Assembly (NCBI GenBank): GCA_963781745.1
Contig: CAWAHH010000015.1
Span: 2,281-66,280, forward strand
Direction of reading: 5' to 3'
Source: an uncultured Actinomycetota bacterium
GTDB taxonomy: Bacteria > Actinomycetota > Actinomycetes > Propionibacteriales > Nocardioidaceae
Length of the DNA: 64,000 nt
In this document: in pieces, positions 48,676 to 58,805 of the stretch
Numbering within the stretch: position 1 is the first letter of the stretch
Layout: each line of letters opens with the position of its first letter
Position numbers and translations under genes: made by a program
The notes under the pieces: generated by a model
Seen by the model: only the letters and a program-made list of their open reading frames with translations
Told to the model about the DNA's origin: nothing
Databases searched by the model: none

Positions 48676-49424
48676 CTGCGCCTCCTCCCTGTCGCTGGGG
48701 CTGCTCCGGGTGCGGGAGGTACCGCACCGTCATGGTGGTGTTCCCGATCTTGACCGTGCTGCCGTCGTCGAGCGTGGCCTGCGAGACCTTGGTGCCGTTG
48801 ACCAGCATCCCGTTCGTGGAGCCCAGATCGACGACGCTGACGCTCGCGGCGGTCGTGTCGTGCGGATGCACCCGGATCTCGACGTGCCGCCGCGACACGC
48901 CCGGGTCGTTGATCCGCAGGTCCGCGTCGTTGCCGCGGCCGATGACGATCCCCGGCGGGTCGAGAGGGTGCCGCATGCCGTTGACCTCGAGGATCACGCT
49001 CGCCCGGCGTACGGCGGTGTCGGTGACCGAGCTCTGCGAGGCCGGCGTGACCTTGGCCAGCGCGGAGCTGCGCACCCGGAACCGGCCGGTGGTCGAGCTC
49101 GTCGCGCTGGTCGAACTGGATGGTGACCGGGCCGGTGAAGACGTAGGCCTGCTCCTGGGCGTGCTCGCGGAGCATGTCCGCGAGCTCCTGGGCCAGGGTC
49201 GAGGAGTACGGCGCGAGGCGCTCGTGGTCCGGCGGGGAGAGCTCGACGTGGAACTGGTTCGGCACCAGCCGCCGGTCGCGGGACAGGATCTGTGCGGAGT
49301 TGTCGACCTCGCGCTGCAGCGCCGCGGCGACCTCGACCGGCTGCACGGCGCTGCGGAACGCCTTGGCGAACACCCCGGAGACCATCTGCTCGAGGCGGTT
49401 CTCGAACCGTTGGAGCATCCCCAT
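48668..49424 (-). CDS. fhaA: FhaA (DUF3662 plus FHA; frameshift near 49100)
   Basis: FENRLEQMVSGVFAKAFRSAVQPVEVA; GVSRRH; DLGSTNG. Confidence 0.92.
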
Positions 49425-49608
49425 GCCGTGCCTCCCCTCCGCGGGTCGTCGCCCTGGTCGTCGCCCTGGTCGTCGCTGTGGTCGTCGCTGCTGTCGTCGG
49501 GCCGGTCGTGCCGGATCCGGCGTCCTGGCATCGTATCGGGCACCCGATCCACCCTCCGGCCCGGTTTGGGACGGGTCGTGAGCGTGGGATACCCTGAGCG
49601 GGCTTCTC

Positions 49609-49692
49609 GCGCGAGTGGCGGAATAGGCAGACGCGCACGGTTCAGGTCCGTGTGCCCGAAAGGGCGTGGGGGTTCAACTCCCCCCTCGCGCA
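49609..49692 (+). tRNA. tRNA-Leu(CAG)
   Basis: GCGCGAG...CTCGCGCA; anticodon loop TTCAGGT; long variable arm. Confidence 0.96.
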
Positions 49693-49701
49693 CGACACGA
49701 C

Positions 49702-49731
49702 AAAGCCCCAGGTCTTTCGACCTGGGGCTTT
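49702..49731 (+). terminator. Intrinsic terminator after tRNA-Leu
   Basis: AAAGCCCCAGGTC-TTTC-GACCTGGGGCTTT. Confidence 0.85.
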
Positions 49732-49743
49732 CGTCGTGCACGG

Positions 49744-49790
49744 GACCGCTCGGACGGGGACACCCCCGAGGTCCCCCCGTCCGAGCGGTC
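49744..49790 (-). terminator. Hairpin downstream of the convergent gene
   Basis: GACCGCTCGGACGGGG...CCCCGTCCGAGCGGTC. Confidence 0.6.
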
Positions 49791-49804
49791 AGGCGGGCGT
49801 CAGA

Positions 49805-50473
49805 TCAGCGCAGCACGCCGCAGACGGCCGGGTCGGTCGCCTCGGCGGGCAGCGTCGGGTCCAGCTCGCTGGCACCGGCGGAGGCGAAGTCGTACTCACC
49901 GTTGTGGTTGTAGTCCACGCCGTGCACGACCAGGACGCCCTCACCGTGGCGGACCGCCGTGGCGACCGCCTTGGTGGTGGTGACCAGGCGCTTGTAGTGC
50001 ACCTTGCCCTTCGGCGCGGTCGGGAACCGGTCGACGGCCAGCGCGCTGGCCGGGGACGTGTCGCCACGCGTGGTCAGCGACTTCACGATGTCGCCGTACG
50101 CCGGCAGGCCCTCGGCCACGTTGAGGCGGAAGTCGCCGTTGGTGTCGTCGGCGACGGTCGGGCACTCGTGACGCGCCTCGGCCCCGTAGTGGATGTGCGC
50201 CGCGTGCGGGAGGCCCGGAGCCAGCTTGGTGGCGTCGTACTCCACCTTCATCTTCTTGCCCTCGACCGTGATGACGCCACGGCCGGTGACACCGGAGTTG
50301 TTGAGGGTGTTGAGCCGGCCGGACACCGTCACGCCGTGGTGGTGCGCGTGGTGGTGACCCGAGGTGGCCGCGGTGGCCGCGGTGGCGGTGGTGCCGGGTG
50401 CGGTGAGCGCCAGCGTGCTGACGGCCACGGCCCCTGCCGCGATCGCGGTGGCGTAGAGCCTGCGGTGCTGCAT
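49805..50473 (-). CDS. Secreted His-rich protein (CHRD/SOD-like fold)
   Basis: Signal peptide; HHHAHHH; LAPGLPHAAHIH; VVHGVD; PAVCGVL. Confidence 0.75.
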   Translation of the reverse strand: MQHRRLYATAIAAGAVAVSTLALTAPGTTATAATAATSGHHHAHHHGVTVSGRLNTLNNSGVTGRGVITVEGKKMKVEYDATKLAPGLPHAAHIHYGAEARHECPTVADDTNGDFRLNVAEGLPAYGDIVKSLTTRGDTSPASALAVDRFPTAPKGKVHYKRLVTTTKAVATAVRHGEGVLVVHGVDYNHNGEYDFASAGASELDPTLPAEATDPAVCGVLR

Positions 50474-50677
50474 GTGAGTCCTTCCCGAGCGGCGCGAAGT
50501 CTTCGCGCTTCATCCGGAGTTCGTCGCCGACGGTCCCGACGATGGGCGTCGGCACGATGCAGTTCCCTGCATCGCCATGCCCGTCGACCGGTGGGTTGAC
50601 TATCTGCGGCGGTGCCGGGGTAGGACTGACCCCGAACGGTCGCGGCAGCGGCCACCGGAGAACCAGGGGACGGGCCC

Positions 50678-52495
50678 ATGAGTGCACCGACGGAGCTCCA
50701 GAAGGGGCTCAAGCAGCGGCACCTCACCATGATCGCGATCGGCGGCGTGATCGGCGCCGGCCTGTTCGTCGGGTCGGGGGTGGTGCTCAACGAGACCGGA
50801 CCGGCCGCGTTCCTGAGCTACCTCGTCACCGGCGTCCTCATCGTGATGGTGATGCGGATGCTCGGCGAGATGGCCACCGCGAACCCGTCGACGGGGTCCT
50901 TCGCGGACTACTCCCGGATGGCGCTGGGCGGGTGGGCGGGCTTCTCGGTCGCCTGGCTCTACTGGTACTTCTGGGTGATCGTCGTCGGCTTCGAGGCGGT
51001 CGCCGGCGCCAAGATCATGACGTTCTGGATCGACGCCCCGCTGTGGACGCTGTCGCTGGGCCTGATGATCCTGATGACGCTGACGAACCTCGTCTCGGTC
51101 GGGTCGTACGGCGAGTTCGAGTACTGGTTCGCCGGGATCAAGGTGTTCGCCATCATCGCGTTCCTGGTCCTCGGCACGCTCTACGTGTTCGGCATCTGGC
51201 CCAACCACAGCCTCGACTTCAGCAACCTCACCGACCGGGGCGGCTTCCTGCCGCACGGCGTCGGCGCGATCTTCTCCAGCATCGTGGTCGTGGTGTTCTC
51301 GATGGTCGGCGCCGAGATCGCCACCGTCGCGGCGGCCGAGTCGCACGACCCCGAGAAGGCGATCGCCAAGGCCACCCAGTCGGTGATCCTGCGTGTCGCG
51401 ATCTTCTTCGTGGGCTCGATCTTCCTGCTCGCGGTCATCGTGCCGTGGAACAGCAGCGACCTCGGCGAGGCGCCGTACGTCGCGGCGTTCGAGGAGATGG
51501 GCATCCCCTACGCCGACCAGATCATGAACGCGGTCGTGCTCACCGCCGTGCTCTCGTGCCTGAACTCCGGGCTCTACACCGCCTCACGGATGCTGTTCGT
51601 GCTGGCGGCCCGCCGCGAGGCGCCGATGCGGCTGATCACGGTCAACCGTCGCGGCGTGCCGGTGTGGGCGATCCTGTTCTCCACCGTCATCGGCTTCCTG
51701 AGCGTGATCGCGGCCTACATCTCCCCGGACACCGTGTTCCTGTTCCTGCTGAACTCCTCGGGCGCGGTGATCCTGTTCGTCTACCTGCTGATCGCGCTCT
51801 CCCAGCTGGTGCTGAGGCGCCGTACGCCGGACGACCAGCTGACCGTGAAGATGTGGCTGTTCCCGGCGCTGACCATCCTCACCGCCGTGGGCATCGTCGC
51901 GGTCCTGGTGCAGATGGCCTTCAACTCCGACACCCGCTCGCAGCTGCTGCTGAGCCTGCTGTCGTGGGGCGTCGTGATCGGGCTGTACGCCGTGACGCGC
52001 TGGCGTGGCGGGTCGGTCAGCGCCGACGAGCTGGTGTCGAAGGAGGCCGGCCCGGCGACGAAGATCGTCGTGCTGGCCAACCGGACCATCGGCGCGAGCG
52101 AGCTCCACGAGGCCCTGCACCGCATCGACGGCAGCGAGGCCGCCGACTACCACGTCGTCGTGCCGACCAACCCGGTCGACACCGGCCAGGCCGACCGCGA
52201 GGGCGCGGCCTTCGTGTGGGAGGCCACGGCCGAGGCGGCCCGCGAGCGGCTCGACGAGACGCTCGAGGTGCTCCGTGCGGACGGGCTGACCGTCGACGGC
52301 GAGCTCGGCGACTACCGGCCGCTGGTGGCGCTGGACAAGGCGATGCGCGAGTTCCAGCCCGACCACGTGGTGATCTCGACCCAGCCCGAGGAGCGGTCCA
52401 CGTGGCTGCGGCACGGGGTGGTGGCCGACGCCCGGGAGCGCTACGACGTCCCGATCGAGCACGTCGTCGTGGCCGTCATACCCCAGCAGCGCTGA
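50678..52495 (+). CDS. GabP-like APC amino acid permease with C-terminal USP-like domain
   Basis: LKQRHLTMIAIGGVIGAGLF; GEFEYWFAGIK; LNSGLYTASRML; C-terminal IVVLANRT...VVIST..STWLR. Confidence 0.9.
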   Translation: MSAPTELQKGLKQRHLTMIAIGGVIGAGLFVGSGVVLNETGPAAFLSYLVTGVLIVMVMRMLGEMATANPSTGSFADYSRMALGGWAGFSVAWLYWYFWVIVVGFEAVAGAKIMTFWIDAPLWTLSLGLMILMTLTNLVSVGSYGEFEYWFAGIKVFAIIAFLVLGTLYVFGIWPNHSLDFSNLTDRGGFLPHGVGAIFSSIVVVVFSMVGAEIATVAAAESHDPEKAIAKATQSVILRVAIFFVGSIFLLAVIVPWNSSDLGEAPYVAAFEEMGIPYADQIMNAVVLTAVLSCLNSGLYTASRMLFVLAARREAPMRLITVNRRGVPVWAILFSTVIGFLSVIAAYISPDTVFLFLLNSSGAVILFVYLLIALSQLVLRRRTPDDQLTVKMWLFPALTILTAVGIVAVLVQMAFNSDTRSQLLLSLLSWGVVIGLYAVTRWRGGSVSADELVSKEAGPATKIVVLANRTIGASELHEALHRIDGSEAADYHVVVPTNPVDTGQADREGAAFVWEATAEAARERLDETLEVLRADGLTVDGELGDYRPLVALDKAMREFQPDHVVISTQPEERSTWLRHGVVADARERYDVPIEHVVVAVIPQQR

Positions 52496-52623
52496 GGTCC
52501 CGCCCCGGCTTGCCCGAAACTGGCCGATCCCCGCAGTGACGCCCGAGAGTGGCCCATCCCCGCAGCATTGGCGCCGCATCTGCTGCAGGGAGGGGCCACA
52601 AGCTGGCCTGCGGACCGCCGGGC

Positions 52624-53595
52624 CTAGCGGTGGCCGGCGACCGCGTGCGGGACGTAGTCGGCGCCGAGCTCCTCGACCTCGTCCTCGGACAGCTCCAGGT
52701 CGACCGCCGCCACGGCGTCGGTGAGGTGCTCGGGCTTGGTGACGCCGACGATCGGCGCGGTGACGACGGGCTGGTGCAGCAGCCAGGCGAGCGCGACCTG
52801 GGCACGCGGCACGCCGCGGCGCGCGGCCACCTCGGCGACGCGCTCGACGGTGGCCCGGTCCTCGTCGCGGTAGAGCGAGCCGCCGAACGCGTCGGTCTCG
52901 GTGCGGGCGGTCTCGGCGTCCCAGTCGCGGGTCAGCCGGCCGCGGGCGAGCGGGCTCCACGGGATCACCCCGACGCCCTGGTCCTCGCAGAGCGGGAGCA
53001 TCTCGCGCTCCTCCTCGCGGTAGAGCAGGTTGTAGTGGTCCTGCATCGACACGAAGCGGGTCCAGCCCTCGAGGTCGGCGACGTGCTGGGCCTTGGCGAA
53101 CTGCCAGGCGAACATCGAGGACGCGCCGAGGTAGCGGGCCTTGCCGGCCTTCACCACGTCGTGCAGCGCCTCCATCGTCTCCTCGATCGGCGTGGCCGGG
53201 TCCCACCGGTGGATCTGGTAGAGGTCGACGTAGTCCGTGCCGAGCCGGCGCAGCGAGGCGTCGATCTCGTGCATGATCGCCGCGCGGGACAGGCCGGCGC
53301 CGTTGGGCCCGGGCCGCATCCGGCCGTGCACCTTGGTCGCCAGCACGACGTCCTCGCGGGCGGCGAACTCCTTCAGCGCCCGGCCGGTGATCTCCTCGCT
53401 GGAGCCGCCGGAGTAGACGTTCGCGGTGTCGAAGAAGGTGATGCCCGCCTCGAGCGCGTCCTTGATGATGCCGCGGGCGGCGTCCTCGTCGAGCACCCAC
53501 GGGTGCCCGCCCCGGTCCGGGTCGCCCCAGCTCATGCAGCCCAGCGCCAGTGCGGAGACCTGCAGGCCGGTGTCGCCCAGGTTCGTGTACCTCAT
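52624..53595 (-). CDS. Aldo/keto reductase
   Basis: LGCMSWG; FDTANVYS; DLYQIHRWD; PWSPLARG. Confidence 0.93.
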   Translation of the reverse strand: MRYTNLGDTGLQVSALALGCMSWGDPDRGGHPWVLDEDAARGIIKDALEAGITFFDTANVYSGGSSEEITGRALKEFAAREDVVLATKVHGRMRPGPNGAGLSRAAIMHEIDASLRRLGTDYVDLYQIHRWDPATPIEETMEALHDVVKAGKARYLGASSMFAWQFAKAQHVADLEGWTRFVSMQDHYNLLYREEEREMLPLCEDQGVGVIPWSPLARGRLTRDWDAETARTETDAFGGSLYRDEDRATVERVAEVAARRGVPRAQVALAWLLHQPVVTAPIVGVTKPEHLTDAVAAVDLELSEDEVEELGADYVPHAVAGHR

Positions 53596-54231
53596 CGTGC
53601 GGTCCTCTCGTCGGTGGTGCGGGCGGGCTCGAGCAGGCCGTCGAGGGCCGCCTCGGCCAGCGCCAGCGCGCCGGAGTCGGTCAGGGGGAGGTGCCCGGTC
53701 AGCAGCCGGAACACCAGGGGGCCGAGCAGCAGGTCGGTCGCGGTGTCCACGTCCACCTCGGGGCGTACGTCGCCCCGCTCGACGCCGCGCACCCAGACCG
53801 CGCGGACGTCGCGCCGGAACGCAGCCAGGAACCACGCGCGGAAGTAGGCCGCCCCACCCTCGTCGGTCACGCAGGCGCGCGAGCAGCTCGGCGAACACGG
53901 ATGCCCTCGGGGCGCCCGGCGAACCTGCTCACGGCGAGCACCGTGCCGGTCAGGTCGTCGCGGTCGAGCCGGTGTCGGGGAGGCGCACGGCCTCGTGCAC
54001 GTCGCGCCCGAAGGCCTCGGCCGCGACCGCCGTGCGCGAGGGCCAGTGCTTGTAGAGCGTGGCCTTGCTGACCCCGGACCGGGCGGCGATCGCGTCGGTG
54101 GTGGCCGCCGCGATGCCTCCCTCGTGCAGCAGCTCACGGGTCGCCGCGACCGCCGCCTCGTGCACCTTGATGCTGCGGGGGGTGGCCGGCCGGGCGAAGA
54201 GCCGCTCGACCGACGGGTCGGTGCCGGTCAC
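53592..54231 (-). CDS. TetR-family regulator (frameshifts)
   Basis: IAARSGVSKATLYKHWPSR; C-terminal RGVERGDVRPEVD..DLLLGPLVFRLL. Confidence 0.85.
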
Positions 54232-54234
54232 GGC

Positions 54235-55101
54235 TCAGACCGCCGCGGCGAGCGCCTCGAACTCGTCGTCGGTCAGCTCGATGCCGGCCGCGGCGGTGTT
54301 CGACTCGAGGTGGGCGACGCTCGACGTGCCCGGGATCGGCAGCATCACCGGGGACCGCTTGAGCAGCCAGGCGAGTGCGAGCTGCGAGGGGGTGGCGTCG
54401 TGCTCCTTCGCGGCCGCGGCGAGCGGGCCGTCCTCGGCGGACAGCTCGCCGGTGGCCAGCGGGAACCACGGGATGAAGGCGACGCCGTGCTCGGTGCAGT
54501 GGTCGAGCAGCGGCTCGGCGTCGCGCTTGGCGAGGTTGAAGAGGTTCTGCACCGAGACGATCGTGGCGACCTCCTGGGCGGCGCGGAGCTCCTCGACGCT
54601 GACCTCGGACAGGCCGATGTGGCGGATCTTGCCCTCGTCCTGGAGCGCCGTGAGCTCGCCGACCTGGTCCTCGAGGGGGTAGGCCGGGTCGATGCGGTGC
54701 AGCTGGAACAGGTCGATCCGCTCGAGCCCGAGGCGGCGGAGGCTGAGCTCGACCTCCTGGCGCAGGTACGCCGGCTGGCCGAGCGGGGTCCACACGCCCG
54801 GGCCCTGGCGGGTCAGCCCGGCCTTGGTGGCGACGACGACGTCGTCGGCGTACGGGTGCAGCGCCTCGCGGAGCAGGTCCTCGGCGACGTAGGGGCCGTA
54901 GGAGTCGGCGGTGTCGAAGAAGGTGATGCCGATCTCGACCGCGCGGCGCAGCACCCGGAGCGCCTCGTCGTGGTCCCTGGCCGGTCCCCAGACGCCCTCG
55001 CCGGGCAGCTGCATGGTGCCGTAGCCGAGGCGGGTGACGGGCAGGTCGCCGCCGAGGGCGAAGGTGCCCGACGGGGCGGCGAGGTTCTCGGTGCTGGTCA
55101 T
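54235..55101 (-). CDS. Aldo/keto reductase
   Basis: RLGYGTMQL; DTADSYGP; LFQLHRID; PIPGTSS. Confidence 0.93.
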   Translation of the reverse strand: MTSTENLAAPSGTFALGGDLPVTRLGYGTMQLPGEGVWGPARDHDEALRVLRRAVEIGITFFDTADSYGPYVAEDLLREALHPYADDVVVATKAGLTRQGPGVWTPLGQPAYLRQEVELSLRRLGLERIDLFQLHRIDPAYPLEDQVGELTALQDEGKIRHIGLSEVSVEELRAAQEVATIVSVQNLFNLAKRDAEPLLDHCTEHGVAFIPWFPLATGELSAEDGPLAAAAKEHDATPSQLALAWLLKRSPVMLPIPGTSSVAHLESNTAAAGIELTDDEFEALAAAV

Positions 55102-55133
55102 GCGCGACTCCTGGAGACGAGGTGACAACAAAA

Positions 55134-55158
55134 TAAACTGAACGACCAGTTCAGTTTA
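55134..55158. promoter_or_regulatory. Perfect inverted repeat, probable TetR operator
   Basis: TAAACTGAAC-GACCA-GTTCAGTTTA upstream of the AKR-TetR-AKR operon. Confidence 0.8.
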
Positions 55159-55610
55159 GCGGGGAGACCAGCGCGGCCACGCGGCGGGCCATCAGCGCGA
55201 AGGTGACCCGGTGCGCGGCCAGCGTCGACCACCAGTAGGCGTGCCCGGGCAGCCCGGCGGGCTCGAAGGTGGTCCGCAGGACGAGCTCCGAGCCGGCGCC
55301 GTGCGGGCGGACCAGGACGTCGAGGTACGCCGTGCCGGGCAGCCGGCTCAGCGCACGCAGCCGGAGGCGGGCCGGCGGCGAGCACCTCCTCGACCTGCCA
55401 GAAGTCGAGGTCGTCGCCGGGCTCGAGGGGCCGGCCCGGGCCGGTGATCCGGAAGCCGGGTCCGCCCAGGAGCCGGTCGCCCGCACCGCGCAGCCGCCAC
55501 AGGGCGCCGGGGGTGTAGAGGCGGTCGTCGCCACCGAGCGAGCCCACCACCCGCCAGGCGTCGTCCGGGGGGACGGGCGCGGTGGCCCGCTGCTCGTCGG
55601 TGTAGGTCAC
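55151..55610 (-). CDS. DUF2867-like protein (frameshift near 55380)
   Basis: LWRLRGAGDRLLGGPG; GDDLDFWQVE; RLPGTAYL; FEPAGLPGHAYWW. Confidence 0.75.
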
Positions 55611-55647
55611 GACCGGCCGGTGCCCACCTCGCCGGCCCTCACGCCGG

Positions 55648-56079
55648 TCACGACAGTCCGACGTACTCCTTGGCCTTCGAGACCAGGTCGTAGTGCGTGG
55701 TCGCCCAGATCGCGACGCCGGCCATCACCAGGCCGCCGACCGTGACGATCGTGGAGCTGACGGGGTGGCGCTTGGCGTGCTCCCACGCCTCGGCGCCCTT
55801 GCGCTGGAAGACCGCGAAGAAGCGGTGCGCCCACTCGAACTCCGTCGACCAGATCCACAGCCCGAGCAGCACCGGGGGGATCGTCAGCGGGCCGGGGAGC
55901 ACGGCGAGCGCGAGGCCGGTGGCGATGCACGCCAGGCCGAGCACGAAGACGCCGATCCGCCAGGCGTGGGAGAGACCCGGCTTGCGGCGCACCCGGTCAC
56001 GGAAGGAGCCGCGCTCGACAGGACGCGCGTGCCCGAGGGCGCCGTCCTCGGTCTCGGTGCGGTCGTCGGTCGAGCTCAT
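55648..56079 (-). CDS. PGPGW/TIGR02611-like membrane protein
   Basis: LAVLPGPLTIPPVLLGLWIWSTEFEWA. Confidence 0.8.
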   Translation of the reverse strand: MSSTDDRTETEDGALGHARPVERGSFRDRVRRKPGLSHAWRIGVFVLGLACIATGLALAVLPGPLTIPPVLLGLWIWSTEFEWAHRFFAVFQRKGAEAWEHAKRHPVSSTIVTVGGLVMAGVAIWATTHYDLVSKAKEYVGLS

Positions 56080-56205
56080 ACGGCATTCTCCCACTGTCCC
56101 GGTGACCGCTCCACGGCCTCGACAGTCCGACGAGCGGGAGGGCCGATCCGTCCCCGCCCGACGTAGGGACGTGGCAGGAGCGGCCCGGACCGAGATACTG
56201 GGCCG

Positions 56206-58113
56206 GTGCAGCCAGCCGCGGAGCAGCCGACCCCCCGTCCCAGTGCCACGGCCAGCGAGAAGGAGGCGGCGCTCGCGGGCCTGCCGGCGCACCGCCGGGA
56301 CACGTTCGAGGTCCGGCTGGCCCGCTGGCTGCCCGACCTCGACGCCGCGCTCGAGCCGCTCTACGCCGACGCGCCGGTGGTGCGGGACGCGCTGGTCGCG
56401 ATCGCGGCGAGGGCGTATGCCGCCCGCGACGACGACCTGCACCACCTCGACGAGGTGCGCACGCTCGAGCCCGACTGGTTCCAGCGCCCGGAGATGGTCG
56501 GCTACGCGGCCTACACCGACCGGTTCGCCGGCACCCTCGCCGGGGTCGCCGAGCGGGCGTCGTACCTCCAGGACCTCGGGGTCCGCTACCTCCACCTGAT
56601 GCCGCTGCTGACGCCGCGACCGACCCCGAGCGACGGCGGCTACGCGGTGCAGGACTACCGCACCGTGCGCGAGGACCTCGGCACCATCGACGACCTCCGG
56701 CCGCTGACCCGGTCCCTGCGCGAGCGCGGGATCAGCCTGTGCCTGGACCTCGTGCTCAACCACGTCGCCCGCGAGCACGCCTGGGCGCAGGAGGCCCGCG
56801 CCGGCGACGCCCGCAAGCGCGCCTACTTCCTGGTCTACCCCGACCGCACCATGCCGGACGCCTACGAGGCGACGCTGCCCGAGGTCTTCCCCGACTTCGC
56901 GCCCGGCAACTTCACCTGGGACGACGACCTCGACGCCTGGGTGTGGACGACGTTCAACGCCTACCAGTGGGACGTCAACTGGGCGAACCCCGACGTCTTG
57001 TGCGAGTACGCCGACATCATCTGCTTCCTGGCCAACCAGGGCGTCGAGGTGTTCCGCCTCGACGCGATCGCGTTCACCTGGAAGCGCCTCGGCACCAACT
57101 GCCAGAACCAGGCCGAGGTGCACGCGCTGACCCAGGCGCTGCGCGTCGTCGCCCGGATCGCGTGCCCGGCCGTGGTGTTCAAGGCCGAGGCGATCGTCGG
57201 CCCGCAGGACCTGCTGTCCTACCTCGGGACGGGCGAGCACTTCAACAAGGTCAGCGACCTCGCCTACCACAACGGCCTGATGGTGCAGATCTGGTCGATG
57301 CTCGCCAGCCGCGACGCCCGGCTGGCGTCGTACGCCCTCCAGCAGCTGTCCCCGCCGCCCGCCTCGACGACGGCGTGGATCACCTACGCGCGCTGCCACG
57401 ACGACATCGGCTGGGCGATCGGCGACGCCGACGCGGCCGCGGTGGGGCTCTCGGGCTTCGAGCACCGGCGCTTCCTGTCCGACTTCTACGCCGGGGAGTT
57501 CCCCGGGTCGTGGGCGCGCGGCCTGGTGTTCCAGGGGAACCCCGCGACGGGCGACCGCCGCATCTCCGGCTCGCTCGCGTCGCTGGCGGGGCTGGAGGCC
57601 GACGACCCCTTCGCCGTACGCCGGATCCTGCTGGCGCACGCGATCGTGCTCGGCTTCGGGGGCCTGCCGGTCATCTGGATGGGCGACGAGCTCGGGCTGC
57701 TCAACGACCACGACTGGGCCGTCGAGCCCTCGCACGCGGAGGACAACCGGTGGGCGCACCGCCCGCGGATGCCCTGGCCGCTGCCCCCGGACACGCACGG
57801 CATCCAGGCCGGCGTCCGGCGCCAGGTCGAGGCGCGGGCCGGCGTCCCGCACCTGCACGCCGCCGTGGCCGCCGACGTGCTCACCCCGCGCGACCCCGGC
57901 GTGCTGCTCATCGCCCGCCGGCACCCGCTCGGCGCGATGCTGGGCGCCTACAACGTGATGCCCGAGCCGCGTCACGTCCCGCTCGACGTGCTCCGCGACC
58001 TCGGCCTCGACCCCGCCGCCGTGGACGACCGCCTCACCGGCGGGATCCCGACCGTGCGCGAGGGTGCCGTGCAGCTCGCGCCCTACGAGGCGGTGTGGCT
58101 GGTCGCCCGCTGA
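56206..58113 (+). CDS. GH13 amylosucrase/sucrose hydrolase-like glycosidase
   Basis: DGGYAV; DLVLNH; RLDAIAF; KAEAIV; RCHDDIGW. Confidence 0.9.
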   Translation: MQPAAEQPTPRPSATASEKEAALAGLPAHRRDTFEVRLARWLPDLDAALEPLYADAPVVRDALVAIAARAYAARDDDLHHLDEVRTLEPDWFQRPEMVGYAAYTDRFAGTLAGVAERASYLQDLGVRYLHLMPLLTPRPTPSDGGYAVQDYRTVREDLGTIDDLRPLTRSLRERGISLCLDLVLNHVAREHAWAQEARAGDARKRAYFLVYPDRTMPDAYEATLPEVFPDFAPGNFTWDDDLDAWVWTTFNAYQWDVNWANPDVLCEYADIICFLANQGVEVFRLDAIAFTWKRLGTNCQNQAEVHALTQALRVVARIACPAVVFKAEAIVGPQDLLSYLGTGEHFNKVSDLAYHNGLMVQIWSMLASRDARLASYALQQLSPPPASTTAWITYARCHDDIGWAIGDADAAAVGLSGFEHRRFLSDFYAGEFPGSWARGLVFQGNPATGDRRISGSLASLAGLEADDPFAVRRILLAHAIVLGFGGLPVIWMGDELGLLNDHDWAVEPSHAEDNRWAHRPRMPWPLPPDTHGIQAGVRRQVEARAGVPHLHAAVAADVLTPRDPGVLLIARRHPLGAMLGAYNVMPEPRHVPLDVLRDLGLDPAAVDDRLTGGIPTVREGAVQLAPYEAVWLVAR

Positions 58114-58155
58114 CGTCCGCGTCCCGCGTTCGCGCGCGGACTGCACAATGGGGAC

Positions 58156-58569
58156 GTGATCAGCCGTGACCTCGCCGACGCCCTCCGAGCCGCGGGGCTG
58201 CGCTGGCGGCCCACCTCCGGTGACCGGTTCCTCGTGCCCGACCGCGACCTCGACGAGGAGGTGTTCGTGGTCAGCGGGATGGCCATCGAGGTCTCCGAGC
58301 TCGAGCACGGGGCCGAGATGCGGTTCAACGGCACCGTCGAGTGGGCCCTGGACAGCATCGAGCAGGAGGAGGTCGTCTGGCTGCCGCGCGAGGAGCAGCT
58401 GCGTGAGGCGCTCGGCTCGCGGTTCGTGCGGCTGGAGACGGTGACCGGCGGGTTCGCCGTCGTCGTCAGCGCCGCCGCCGACCCGTTCGCCGAGGTCCGG
58501 CACGTCGACTTCGACGCCGAGCGCGCCTACGCCCGCGCGGTGCTGTCGCTGCTGGCCGAGTCTGCCTGA
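58156..58569 (+). CDS. Conserved actinobacterial hypothetical protein
   Basis: LRWRPTSGDRF; FNGTVEWALDS; WLPREEQLR. Confidence 0.75.
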   Translation: MISRDLADALRAAGLRWRPTSGDRFLVPDRDLDEEVFVVSGMAIEVSELEHGAEMRFNGTVEWALDSIEQEEVVWLPREEQLREALGSRFVRLETVTGGFAVVVSAAADPFAEVRHVDFDAERAYARAVLSLLAESA

Positions 58570-58748
58570 CCCGGGTCCACCGAGTCGTCCGAGGCGGGGG
58601 CGTCGATCTCCGCGACCCGCTCGTGCAGACGCGCCCGCACCTCGTCGGGCGTCAGCTGCCCCCGCCGGCGCTGGTCACGCGCGATGATGGCTCCGCCGGC
58701 CGCCACGCCGGCCAGCCCGGCGACGCCGAGCACCTTCCACACCTTCAT
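58527..58748 (-). CDS. Small hypothetical protein
   Basis: MKVWKVLGVAGLAGVAAGG...TPDEVRARLHER. Confidence 0.7.
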   Translation of the reverse strand: MKVWKVLGVAGLAGVAAGGAIIARDQRRRGQLTPDEVRARLHERVAEIDAPASDDSVDPGQADSASSDSTARA

Positions 58749-58805
58749 CGCCCCACCCTCGCGCATCCGCCGCCCGTCCACCAGCACCGACCGAGAGGCC
58801 CCGCC

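Noticed and set aside
40399-49424. Apparent pseudogenisation or programmed frameshifting of crgA, DUF881, pknB, pbpA, rodA and fhaA
   Set aside because: Scattered small indels in normally essential or conserved genes with intact motifs point to sequencing or assembly errors.
50474-50677. Riboswitch upstream of the permease
   Set aside because: No recognisable conserved aptamer motifs (c-di-AMP, glycine, SAM) by eye.
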